DNA of 64,000 nt, taken from the NCBI GenBank assembly GCA_964345475.1, contig CAYFQW010000001.1, forward strand, positions 21,043 to 85,042. The letters are read 5' to 3'. The stretch comes from an uncultured Raoultibacter sp. GTDB lineage: Bacteria > Actinomycetota > Coriobacteriia > Coriobacteriales > Eggerthellaceae. A model generated the notes under the pieces. That model saw only the letters and a list, made by a program, of their open reading frames with translations. It ran no database searches and was not told where the DNA came from. The translations under genes were made by a program, and so were the position numbers. The number at the start of each line of letters is the position of its first letter. Position 1 is the stretch's first letter. Positions 27,841 to 36,785 of this stretch are shown one piece after another.

Positions 27841-30800
27841 CTATTCCTCAGAATAAAGGTCCTGAAGCTTAAGAAGGTGATTATAACGTTTTACAGCTAC
27901 ATTTTCATTACGAGCGAATAATTCTGTAGCTCTATCGGGGAATTCCCGAGTCAAACGACTATAGCGGGCTTCGTTCATCAGGAAGTCTTGATAGCTCCCG
28001 TCAGGGGCCTTGGAGTCAAGTATGAATTTTTTTCCAACAGGGGCTTGCGGATTAAAGCGAAGTAAGTTCCAATAGCCGCTTTCGACTGCTTTCTTCATCT
28101 CCTCCTGGCAATTTGCCATACCACCCTTGATAGAGTGCATTTCGCAAGGCGAGTACCCAACAATCAGAGATGGTCCTGGATAGGCCTCTGCTTCGACAAT
28201 TGCCTTAAGGGTTTGTGCGGGCTTGGCACCCATAGCCACCTGTGCTACATACACATAGCCATAGCCCATGGCCATCTCCGCAAGGCTCTTTTTCTTTGTC
28301 TCTTTACCAGCAGCAGCAAATTGGGCAACTTGCCCGATGTTCGAAGCTTTTGATGCCTGTCCACCAGTATTGGAATACACCTCAGTGTCGAACACGAACA
28401 CATTTACATCCATGCCAGAAGCAAGCACATGGTCAAGACCGCCATATCCAATATCGTAAGCCCAACCATCGCCTCCGAATATCCAGACAGACTTCTTGGT
28501 GAGATATTCCTTATTTTCTAAAACAGAGGCAGCAAGGCGGCTCGCCTCCCCTTCATCGGCGGCAGCGAGAATTTCAAGCTGTTTCACGTAATTACTCGAA
28601 GCTTGTTTGCTTTCTTCCGACTGATTGCACGACTCAATCCATGCCTGAGCAGATGCCTTAAGGTCATCGTTTGCTCCATCCAAGCTTATGAGCTGCTCGG
28701 TTTCAGCCAGCAGCTTGGAACGAACTGCCTCATGGCCTAATAACATGCCAAGGCCATGTTCTGCATTGTCCTCAAATAAGGAATTCGACCAGGCGGGCCC
28801 GAAGCCATCTTTGTTCACAGTATAAGGAGATGTAGCAGCAGGTCCTCCCCAAATCGAAGAGCATCCTGTTGCATTTGCTATAAACATTCTGTCGCCGAAC
28901 AACTGTGTAACGAGGCGAGCATAGGCAGTCTCCGCACAACCAGCGCAGGCTCCCGAAAACTCGAGAAGCGGCTTTTTGAACTGGCTCCCTTTAAGGCTTG
29001 TGTTTTGTATTTCAGGTTTATCGGCTACTTCTGACACACAGTAATCGAACACATCCTGCTGATCAAATTCATCTTCAGCAGACACCATCGTCAGAGAGTC
29101 GGTAGGACATTGCACAACACAGACACCGCAGCCCATGCAATCGAGTGGGGAGATAGCAAGGGTGTACTGATAATCCTCATTCCCCTTCCCCTTCATTGCT
29201 ACAAGTCGAGTCGTCTCAGGGGCAGCAGCTGCTTCATCTGCCGTTAAGGCAAAGGGACGGATGGTGGCGTGGGGACATACAAAGGAGCATTGATTGCACT
29301 GAATGCAGGAGTCCGCATCCCAGGTCGGCACATTGACCGAAACACCGCGTTTTTCGTACGCAGCAGCCCCAAGTTCGAACTGCCCATCGACATGTGCTGA
29401 AAAAGCAGACACCGGGAGGCTGTTGCCGTCCATACGCCCAACGGGCTTCATGATGCCAGTAACCATTTCGACAAGGTCGGCTTCGCCCTCAATTCCCTGG
29501 ACCGCAAGCTCGTCAACAGCATCTGCCCAAGAGGCAGGAACCTCAAGCTCCACAAAAGCTTCAGTACCAAGCTCGATAGCACGATGGTTCATTTCAACTA
29601 TGTTCTGTCCCTTTGATTGATAGGATTCAGTCGCCGCATCCTTCATGTATTGGACAACTTCTTCTTGAGGAAGAATCTTTGAAAGTGCGAAGAATGCTGA
29701 TTGAAGGATGGTGTTGGTGCGCTTCCCCATACCGATTTCAGCAGCCAAATCAATCGCGTTGATAGTGAAAAGCTTTATGTTGTTACTCGCAATGTATCGC
29801 TTTGCATCAGCGCTCAAATGCTGAGAAAGCTCTTCGGGGCTCCACTGGCAGTTAACCATAAAAATACCGCCAGGTTTTACGTCTTGCACCATCGGAAAGT
29901 TCTTCGTTACATACGAAGGGTTATGGCATGCGATAAAGTCAGCTTTGCTTACATAGTAGGGGCTCTTAATGGCTGTATCACCAAAACGTAAGTGGCTTAT
30001 TGTTACGCCGCCAGTTTTCTTCGAGTCGTACTGGAAATACGCTTGTACATACTTATCAGTATTATCGCCAATAATTTTGATAGAGTTTTTATTGGCTCCG
30101 ACCGTACCGTCTCCGCCGAGACCCCAGAACTTACACTCAACTGTACCAGCGGCGGCCGTATCAGGACAGGAAGAGCTCTCGGGCAGGGAGAGATGGGTGA
30201 CATCGTCCACAATGCCTACGGTAAACTCGCGCGCAGGCTCATCCTTCTCAAGCTCTTTATAAATAGCAAATACGGAGGATGGCGGGGTGTCTTTAGATCC
30301 GAGCCCGTAACGTCCGCCAACAACAGTCAAATCACATCTGTTCATCTGTGTCAGGGCATGGACTACGTCCATATACAGAGGCTCTCCTACGGAGCCTGGT
30401 TCTTTCGTGCGGTCCATAACAGCAATTTTGGATACCGTTGCTGGTAAAGCGGCAGCAAACTTCTCTGACACAAAGGGACGATACAAACGAACTTTTACAA
30501 GACCGACTTTTTCGCCGTTCGCATTCAGATAATCGATAACCTCTTCGACAACATCGCAAAAGGATCCCATAGCAACGATGACCCGATCTGCATCAGGGGC
30601 GCCATAGTAGTTAAAGAGCTGATAGTCGGTGCCTAATTTCTTATTAACATCGGCCATGCAGTTTTCTACGATTTCTGGCAAAGCATCATAGTGGCTATTG
30701 ATCGATTCCCTATGCTGGAAGAAAATATCGTCGTTTTCATGAGAACCCCGCATAGCTGGACGCTCGGGGTTGAGGGAGTGTTTTCTAAATTCGCGAACGG

Positions 30801-31395
30801 CATCCATATCGCACATATCTGCTAGATCGTCGTAATCCCATACAGCAATTTTCTGTATTTCATGGGACGTGCGGAAGCCATCAAAAAAGTTTATGAAGGG
30901 CACTCGCCCTTTAATAGCAGATAGGTGGGCTACAGCCGAAAGGTCCATAATTTCTTGGACGTTGCTTTCCGCAAGCATTGCAAAACCAGTCTGTCGACAA
31001 GCCATAACGTCCGAATGATCGCCGAATATGCTCAGAGCATGGGTAGCAACGGCACGAGCGCTCACATGAAAAACAGTTGGAAGCATTTCAGCAGCCATTT
31101 TATACATATTGGGAATCATAAGAAGAAGGCCCTGCGAAGCGGTATAGGTGGTACTCAATGCCCCGACTGCCAAAGAACCATGCAGCGCACCGGCTGCACC
31201 GCCTTCAGATTGCATTTCACACACTTTTACCGTCGTGCCAAAAATATTCTTCTGTCCTGCAGCTGACCACTGATCTACGAGATCTGCCATAGGGCTTGAG
31301 GGTGTAATCGGGTATATGCCTGCGACTTCTGTAAAGGCATATGAAACATAAGCTGCTGCATTATTGCCGTCCATGGTTACAAGTTCTCTTGTCAT
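27841..31395 (-). CDS. nifJ: Pyruvate:ferredoxin (flavodoxin) oxidoreductase, single-polypeptide type
   Basis: 1184 aa. Two ferredoxin motifs (CIQCNQCSFVCP, CMGCGVCVVQCP), a TPP motif GGDGWAYDIGYGGLDH, and the canonical N-terminus MDGNNAAAYVSYAFTEVAGIYPITPSSPMA. Confidence 0.97.
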   Translation of the reverse strand: MTRELVTMDGNNAAAYVSYAFTEVAGIYPITPSSPMADLVDQWSAAGQKNIFGTTVKVCEMQSEGGAAGALHGSLAVGALSTTYTASQGLLLMIPNMYKMAAEMLPTVFHVSARAVATHALSIFGDHSDVMACRQTGFAMLAESNVQEIMDLSAVAHLSAIKGRVPFINFFDGFRTSHEIQKIAVWDYDDLADMCDMDAVREFRKHSLNPERPAMRGSHENDDIFFQHRESINSHYDALPEIVENCMADVNKKLGTDYQLFNYYGAPDADRVIVAMGSFCDVVEEVIDYLNANGEKVGLVKVRLYRPFVSEKFAAALPATVSKIAVMDRTKEPGSVGEPLYMDVVHALTQMNRCDLTVVGGRYGLGSKDTPPSSVFAIYKELEKDEPAREFTVGIVDDVTHLSLPESSSCPDTAAAGTVECKFWGLGGDGTVGANKNSIKIIGDNTDKYVQAYFQYDSKKTGGVTISHLRFGDTAIKSPYYVSKADFIACHNPSYVTKNFPMVQDVKPGGIFMVNCQWSPEELSQHLSADAKRYIASNNIKLFTINAIDLAAEIGMGKRTNTILQSAFFALSKILPQEEVVQYMKDAATESYQSKGQNIVEMNHRAIELGTEAFVELEVPASWADAVDELAVQGIEGEADLVEMVTGIMKPVGRMDGNSLPVSAFSAHVDGQFELGAAAYEKRGVSVNVPTWDADSCIQCNQCSFVCPHATIRPFALTADEAAAAPETTRLVAMKGKGNEDYQYTLAISPLDCMGCGVCVVQCPTDSLTMVSAEDEFDQQDVFDYCVSEVADKPEIQNTSLKGSQFKKPLLEFSGACAGCAETAYARLVTQLFGDRMFIANATGCSSIWGGPAATSPYTVNKDGFGPAWSNSLFEDNAEHGLGMLLGHEAVRSKLLAETEQLISLDGANDDLKASAQAWIESCNQSEESKQASSNYVKQLEILAAADEGEASRLAASVLENKEYLTKKSVWIFGGDGWAYDIGYGGLDHVLASGMDVNVFVFDTEVYSNTGGQASKASNIGQVAQFAAAGKETKKKSLAEMAMGYGYVYVAQVAMGAKPAQTLKAIVEAEAYPGPSLIVGYSPCEMHSIKGGMANCQEEMKKAVESGYWNLLRFNPQAPVGKKFILDSKAPDGSYQDFLMNEARYSRLTREFPDRATELFARNENVAVKRYNHLLKLQDLYSEE

Positions 31396-31670
31396 ACATG
31401 TCTCCTTAAAAGGGGTTTAGCTTTGACCGAATACCCCATCGGACTTGGAAAGGGGCAGGGTTCTAAGCGCTGTACGAACCGCATTGTATTCGCCTGATGC
31501 CTGATTCCTCGCCTTACTGAGCCGCGCTCAAGGCAAATTACATCAGATGGACTATGATAGCAGTATCTCCATCTCACGTGGAGGGCTATGCCTTAGGAGC
31601 AAGATAGTAAGGGCTCTCAAATCGGTGAGTGGTTGGAAATGTGGATGCGTCTCATAGCCTTTCCACAGGG

Positions 31671-33848
31671 CTATGACCAGAACTGAAACATTTCTATCAC
31701 GCTCTGATACGACCATGGGTATACATCCGAATACCATCCAGTTTCAGGGACAAAGCACAGCAAGCTGCTGTACAAAAGACTAAGCGCAACTAGGATGAGC
31801 AGGACTTTCGCTAGTAAGCGAGCTGTTGGGCTTTTGTGGTTTAAGTTCTCGTTCACAATAAAAATGAGCAAGACTGCTGCCGCTAAAAACATAAAACTAA
31901 AATCAGCGAAATAGCGCTGCAGGATACCAGCCATCTGAGCATCGAGCAGGGCTACGATGACTCCTGAGGCAAGTAGAACCAATAATACACCCGCAATTGT
32001 TCTGCTTGAGCGCTGGTCAATACGTCTTTTCAGTATTCGCTTTGCAAAAGGTAGTATCCATAACAGGGGCAAGCAGGCAAAAATCCCACCAAAGGTAACT
32101 TCCTTGACCGTCTGTCCCATATAGCTCGTTTCGAAGGGTGCCGCTTGAATAAAAGGAAACACCCCTGTCGTACTGGGCGTTTGTAGAAAATATGCAAAAA
32201 AAGCGGGGGCGAAGCGGCCGAAGGAAAATGTCCTCTTCGTCATGTCGTGAACGGTAAGATTGTAGTTCGCCCCAAAATCAAAAGGAGATCCGAATCTAGC
32301 TTTGTTATACCAAAGTAAAGCCGCTGCAACAATGACATAAGGACCCAAAAGACATATAAACTCGATGCTACCCTGTCGTGTGAGTATATGTTTTTGCGAA
32401 ATGAACTTTCTCCAAAAAAGCGGAAAAGCCACGAGTGAGAGCACTACAAGCTGAGGGCGGCAACCAAGCACCAAAGCCATGCACGCAGACCCAGCTAAGT
32501 ACCAGGGGGATGCGTGATTTGAAACCCTCCCCCGCATCCAGAAATATAACCCCCAAGCAGAAAAGGCGAGCCCTAAGATAATAGGCAATGAATAAAAGGT
32601 TGGGAACTTTAGTAAATATAAGACACCTGAGCAGAATACTAAGGGGATTTGAAGCAAGAGATACAAGCCCAGGCTAACCCTCTCGAAATGATAACGAGCA
32701 AAGCGATCGAGCAAAGCCGATATCCCAAGAACAAAGGCGATACACGATATAAGGACACCTATCGCCGTAGGGAAATTCGTGCCGAAGAGAATATAAAATG
32801 GAAGGTAGAACAACAATACGGGCACAACGCCAAAATACACATAATAGTGTCCATCAAAATAGGCAACGTCAAAGAGATATGTTTCACCTGTCTCTCTTTG
32901 AGCTTGCTCGCGAGCACCCTTATCATACGGATCTTGCATATCCTGAAGCCATTGGGGGGGATCTTCTTCCAGATAAAGCTTGCCTTCCGTCAAAGATTTT
33001 GCTAACTCTGCATACTGTTGGGCGTTATCACCCCCGACCTCGAAGGTATTAACAATACTCCGGCCATCCCAAGAGCCCCAGTTATAGCTGGAACTGGCTA
33101 CCCCGACCAAGTTTGACCCATACAAAAGAAATGAAGACATAAGGACAACTTCAACAAAAACCGCTGCCGATATGACAAGTTTTGACTTCTTAGCCTCTTC
33201 TTTTATATAGCTGTGATATATGCTGGACTTCGGACGAAACACGTAAAGAAGTGAAACGATCCCCATCACCAAAAAAAAGCGGAGGACATTGAATTCGAAG
33301 GGATATGAAGCATTGACATACACCCCTTCGAGCAGGATAGGATACTGGGCTTCATCCCCTCCTATTTCTATACGAAGATTATTGATTAAACCTGTTGCGT
33401 TGATGCGTATATATTGACTACGCTCGTTATTTGTTGCGACTTGGGCAGAAGGAACTCCTGTCGTGTATTCCGTCGAATCGAAATACGTTAGATGGGCCTC
33501 ATCTGTAAAATGTATGCCGACGTCTAACAATTGAGCGGGCTGATCGGAATAAAACGAAAGTTTTATATTTTTAATTTCCATATTGACATTTGAGAATTCA
33601 AGAACACGATTGACCTCACTGACAGTATAGCCCTCGCCCCTCGTCTTTCCCTGATTGATGCGTTCGCTTATATTCACTGTTGCATAGCCCGTAGAGGTAA
33701 AGTAGTTAAAATTAAAGACAAAGACCTCAAGCGCGAGAGACAGAATCAAGGCGAGGAGAAAGCAGCGACGAAGACTGTGGAGCGTCTTTCGATGCAACGA
33801 AACGAACTGCATAAGATAGTCATGTATGTTTTCCCATATACTTGGCAT
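31671..33848 (-). CDS. Large polytopic membrane protein with an N-terminal extracytoplasmic domain; GT-C-like putative glycosyltransferase
   Basis: 725 aa: N-terminal TM, a beta-rich domain of about 170 aa, then more than 12 TM. The loop ...DPYDKGAREQAQRETGETYLFDVAYFDGHYYVYFGVVPVLLFYLPF... resembles loop motifs of ArnT/PMT-type GT-C enzymes. I did not recognise the family with certainty. Confidence 0.4.
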   Translation of the reverse strand: MPSIWENIHDYLMQFVSLHRKTLHSLRRCFLLALILSLALEVFVFNFNYFTSTGYATVNISERINQGKTRGEGYTVSEVNRVLEFSNVNMEIKNIKLSFYSDQPAQLLDVGIHFTDEAHLTYFDSTEYTTGVPSAQVATNNERSQYIRINATGLINNLRIEIGGDEAQYPILLEGVYVNASYPFEFNVLRFFLVMGIVSLLYVFRPKSSIYHSYIKEEAKKSKLVISAAVFVEVVLMSSFLLYGSNLVGVASSSYNWGSWDGRSIVNTFEVGGDNAQQYAELAKSLTEGKLYLEEDPPQWLQDMQDPYDKGAREQAQRETGETYLFDVAYFDGHYYVYFGVVPVLLFYLPFYILFGTNFPTAIGVLISCIAFVLGISALLDRFARYHFERVSLGLYLLLQIPLVFCSGVLYLLKFPTFYSLPIILGLAFSAWGLYFWMRGRVSNHASPWYLAGSACMALVLGCRPQLVVLSLVAFPLFWRKFISQKHILTRQGSIEFICLLGPYVIVAAALLWYNKARFGSPFDFGANYNLTVHDMTKRTFSFGRFAPAFFAYFLQTPSTTGVFPFIQAAPFETSYMGQTVKEVTFGGIFACLPLLWILPFAKRILKRRIDQRSSRTIAGVLLVLLASGVIVALLDAQMAGILQRYFADFSFMFLAAAVLLIFIVNENLNHKSPTARLLAKVLLILVALSLLYSSLLCFVPETGWYSDVYPWSYQSVIEMFQFWS

Positions 33849-34034
33849 AGGGTTTGATTATACGCGATACGGAGGTGCCCGTCGCTGAATTTCTTGAAGC
33901 TTTCCTATCTGTGCCAATAGACACCAGTTTATGCAGTCCGCACTGAGAAGCGCGTACGATCCTCGTGCCTCCCCGAAGAATATCCAGAGCCGATTCAGCA
34001 TGAGAATGAAAACATTTTCTATCGTGCGGAGGCG

Positions 34035-34068
34035 GTGTACTCCTCATATCAAGGTATCAGGAGTACAC
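34035..34068. promoter_or_regulatory. Perfect 10-bp inverted repeat (GTGTACTCCT-N14-AGGAGTACAC) in the divergent intergenic region
   Basis: The arms are at 34035-34044 and 34059-34068, about 150 nt upstream of the FeS-protein start. No T-tract on either side, so it looks more like an operator than a terminator. Confidence 0.35.
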
Positions 34069-34217
34069 TGTGCACTTGTCTACAGATACTGCTTCGCCCT
34101 GTACCAAAATTCTATCTCTAGGTTATAATCACTTAATGTGAGTACGCATATTTTTATTGAAAATACGAGTGTATCTATGTGTTCGAGCATCGTAGCCGTA
34201 CTAGAAAGTAGGTTGTT

Positions 34218-34967
34218 ATGTCAGAAAACCAAAAAAGTATAAGCAGGCGTACCGTGCTGAAGGCAGGAGGTGCGGTCGGTTTAGCAGCTTTGAGCGGAAG
34301 TGCCATTGTCGCAACTACCGGCCTATCATCCGATCAGGCGCTTGCCGCCTCACAAGCCGTAAGTGCAAGCCAAAATGCCTTTTGGTTCAGCCCAGAAAAA
34401 TGTATCAGCTGCCAGAGCTGCGCCCTGGCCTGCAGAGAAACCTTCAACTTAGATAAAGCATACCGTAGTGTATACAAATACACTACCGAAGTTGAGGGAA
34501 AGGAATTATCATACAGCGTTTCGGTTGCCTGCAATTTCTGCGGTGATGCAGCATGCATAAAAGTCTGCCCCACTGGTGCTATGCATAAAACAGAAGATGT
34601 CGGCCATGTATTAGTCGATTCTAAAAAATGTATTGGCTGTGGGTACTGTGCCATGGCATGCCCTTACCATGTCCCTCGAGTAGACAAAGAAAAAGGCTAT
34701 TCGATAAAATGCACCGGCTGCTACGAGACGGTCATTCTCGGCGAGGATCCTATGTGCGTACAGGCCTGCCGGGATATAGCAGGAACTGAAGCTTTGAGGT
34801 TTGGGACGATCCAGGAAGTGATTGAGCTTGGAGGCGAGCTAGCCAACATAGCCCCCCTTCCCGACCCAAAATATACGGTGCCAAGCTTCATCATCTCAGC
34901 TGACAGCGACAAACCACCTGCAGGCACAAAAGAGGGAGAAATTACTAATATCGGAAGGATGATATAA
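34218..34967 (+). CDS. Tat-signal-bearing four-cluster [4Fe-4S] electron-transfer subunit (DmsB/NrfC/HybA-like)
   Basis: 249 aa. Twin-arginine motif SRRTVLKAGGAVGLAALSG. Four Cys groups: CISCQSCALAC, CNFCGDAACIKVCP, CIGCGYCAMACP, CTGC...CVQAC. Confidence 0.85.
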   Translation: MSENQKSISRRTVLKAGGAVGLAALSGSAIVATTGLSSDQALAASQAVSASQNAFWFSPEKCISCQSCALACRETFNLDKAYRSVYKYTTEVEGKELSYSVSVACNFCGDAACIKVCPTGAMHKTEDVGHVLVDSKKCIGCGYCAMACPYHVPRVDKEKGYSIKCTGCYETVILGEDPMCVQACRDIAGTEALRFGTIQEVIELGGELANIAPLPDPKYTVPSFIISADSDKPPAGTKEGEITNIGRMI

Positions 34968-35827
34968 TGGAACACGCTTTAGCCGAGTTGCCTTTAGCAA
35001 TATTTACCACCCTCGCACCAACAGGTGCAGGTGCTTTTATCATACTAGCCCTTGCGGTCAACCTACTTCCCTTGAATGAAGGACAGCTTAAAAAGCTTGA
35101 CCGTTTCACCTTGATACCTTTTATTGTTTCCATCATCGGAATTTTTGCCTCAGTCTTACATCTTACCCAACCGCTTCATGCAATTTTTATCTATGCAGGA
35201 CTTATTACGTCGCCTCTCGTGAACGAGATTGCAGTCGCTGGAATATTTGCCTTGGCGGCTTTCGTGTATTGCCTTCTCGGACTTATCGGCAAACTCTCTT
35301 TGAAGCTTAGGAAAATTCTATCCATTGTCGTTGCTGCCCTGGCCTTAGTATTTTCAGTTTTTATCGGATTTGCATACATCGTAGAAACTATAGAGTCTTG
35401 GTATAACCCCTTCACCGTTACCCAATTCCTTGGCTTCTGTCTCTTTGGCGGTACCCTCATGGGAACTTTAACTCTCGGCTTGGCAGGTATATTTGATGAA
35501 TGCCTCGAAAAGAAGTCTTTCAAGAACAGCTTGCTTCTCATAGCAATTATCGGCTTTGTGCTGAGCCTGGGATCCATGCTAGCCTTTGCACACTATATTA
35601 ACGGTCTGCAGTCCCCAGCTGGCTCAGGAGCTGAGATGATGGCTGAAGTTTTCTTCCTCCTCATCGTCTTTGCAGTATTGGCAGTGCTTGCCTTCATTGG
35701 CCAACTCTTCCTCATATACAAGGGAACGACGCACGCTGTGGCCATTGTTTCACTTCTCTTAGTCCTTGTTGCCATATTCTGTGCCCGCTTAGTCTTTTAT
35801 GCGACGCAAATGTCTGTAGGGCTTTAG
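34967..35827 (+). CDS. DmsC-type (NrfD-superfamily) membrane quinol-interacting anchor subunit
   Basis: 286 aa, 8 predicted TM. The N-terminus LAELPLAIFTTLAPTGAGAFIILALA parallels E. coli DmsC (HEWPLMIFTV...). TAATG overlap with the upstream FeS gene and a GGAAGGA RBS. Confidence 0.8.
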   Translation: MEHALAELPLAIFTTLAPTGAGAFIILALAVNLLPLNEGQLKKLDRFTLIPFIVSIIGIFASVLHLTQPLHAIFIYAGLITSPLVNEIAVAGIFALAAFVYCLLGLIGKLSLKLRKILSIVVAALALVFSVFIGFAYIVETIESWYNPFTVTQFLGFCLFGGTLMGTLTLGLAGIFDECLEKKSFKNSLLLIAIIGFVLSLGSMLAFAHYINGLQSPAGSGAEMMAEVFFLLIVFAVLAVLAFIGQLFLIYKGTTHAVAIVSLLLVLVAIFCARLVFYATQMSVGL

Positions 35828-35844
35828 TTTTATTCACAATTCTA

Positions 35845-35879
35845 CTCACGACCACATATCCTATACCTGTGGTCGTGAG
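35845..35879. other. Perfect 12-bp hairpin immediately after the dmsC-like stop
   Basis: CTCACGACCACA-N11-TGTGGTCGTGAG. Confidence 0.45.
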
Positions 35880-35930
35880 TGTATCTCACGGCAGATACTC
35901 AGGTACACAACGTACCGCTCAACATACAAA

Positions 35931-35975
35931 GAACACCCGAGTTGCTGAGAGCGTACTCGGGTGTTCTTGTGTTTC
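35931..35975. terminator. Bidirectional rho-independent terminator (dmsC-like gene / adk convergent pair)
   Basis: GAACACCCGAG-N14-CTCGGGTGTTC, followed by TTGTGTTTCG on the plus strand and by TTTGTATGTTG on the minus strand. Confidence 0.65.
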
Positions 35976-36026
35976 GTAGCAGTTTCGTAGCAGACACCTA
36001 CATACTGCAGGCTTTTTAAAGCTCTC

Positions 36027-36653
36027 CTAGAGCTTTAATTTTTCTTTAATGTCCTCAAATACTATATCGGGATTGCGGTCGCCATCGATAGTAAGCAGAA
36101 GGTCGCATCCATGATAATAGTCAATGAGTGGAGCGGTGGACTTTTGATATACGTCTAGTCGTTTGCGTACCGTCTCCTCATTATCGTCGTCTCGTTGATA
36201 CATGGCGCCACCACATTTAGGGCACACCTCATGAGCTACTGTGCCTATAAAGCCACAGTTTTCACACATACGCCTTGACGTGAGCCGAGTAACAATAACT
36301 TCTGGTTCCACATCAATAACTAGAGCTGCGTCTAAAGGTCTCTTTAGCTTAGATAGCTCGCCGTCCAAAGCAACTGCTTGTACGGAGGTACGAGGGAAGC
36401 CATCGAGTATAAAGCCTTGTGCAGTGTCGGGCTCAGAAAGACGCTCACTTACCAAGGCAATGATAAGATCGTCGGGAACTAGATCGCCAGCGTCCATAAA
36501 CGACTTGGCCTTTATACCGAGTTCTGTGCCCTCTTTTACTGCTGCGCGCAACATATCACCTGTTGAAATATGACAGAGTCCGAAGGCTTCAATCAGCTTT
36601 GCTGCTTGAGTCCCCTTTCCGGCACCCGGTGCACCTAAAAGTACTAAGTTCAT
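36027..36653 (-). CDS. adk: Adenylate kinase (Zn-lid type)
   Basis: MNLVLLGAPGAGKGTQ P-loop and lid CENCG...CPKCGG. Start at ATG 36651-36653 (GGAAGGA RBS) rather than 36731. Confidence 0.96.
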   Translation of the reverse strand: MNLVLLGAPGAGKGTQAAKLIEAFGLCHISTGDMLRAAVKEGTELGIKAKSFMDAGDLVPDDLIIALVSERLSEPDTAQGFILDGFPRTSVQAVALDGELSKLKRPLDAALVIDVEPEVIVTRLTSRRMCENCGFIGTVAHEVCPKCGGAMYQRDDDNEETVRKRLDVYQKSTAPLIDYYHGCDLLLTIDGDRNPDIVFEDIKEKLKL

Positions 36654-36785
36654 ACAAATATCCTTCCAGAACAGCTTGCTTGCTCGTCTGCCCTCTATAT
36701 ATCGTGGACAAATATACCTATATATGTCCACCTGGCCTTACCTTGCATCATGCTTCCGGTCTCTCGATCGGAAGCATGGACATGT

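Noticed and set aside
35971-35992. Tandem duplication GTTTCGTAGCA x2
   Set aside because: It has only two copies of 11 nt, in a convergent terminator region. That is too short for a CRISPR or a satellite and is probably a slippage remnant.
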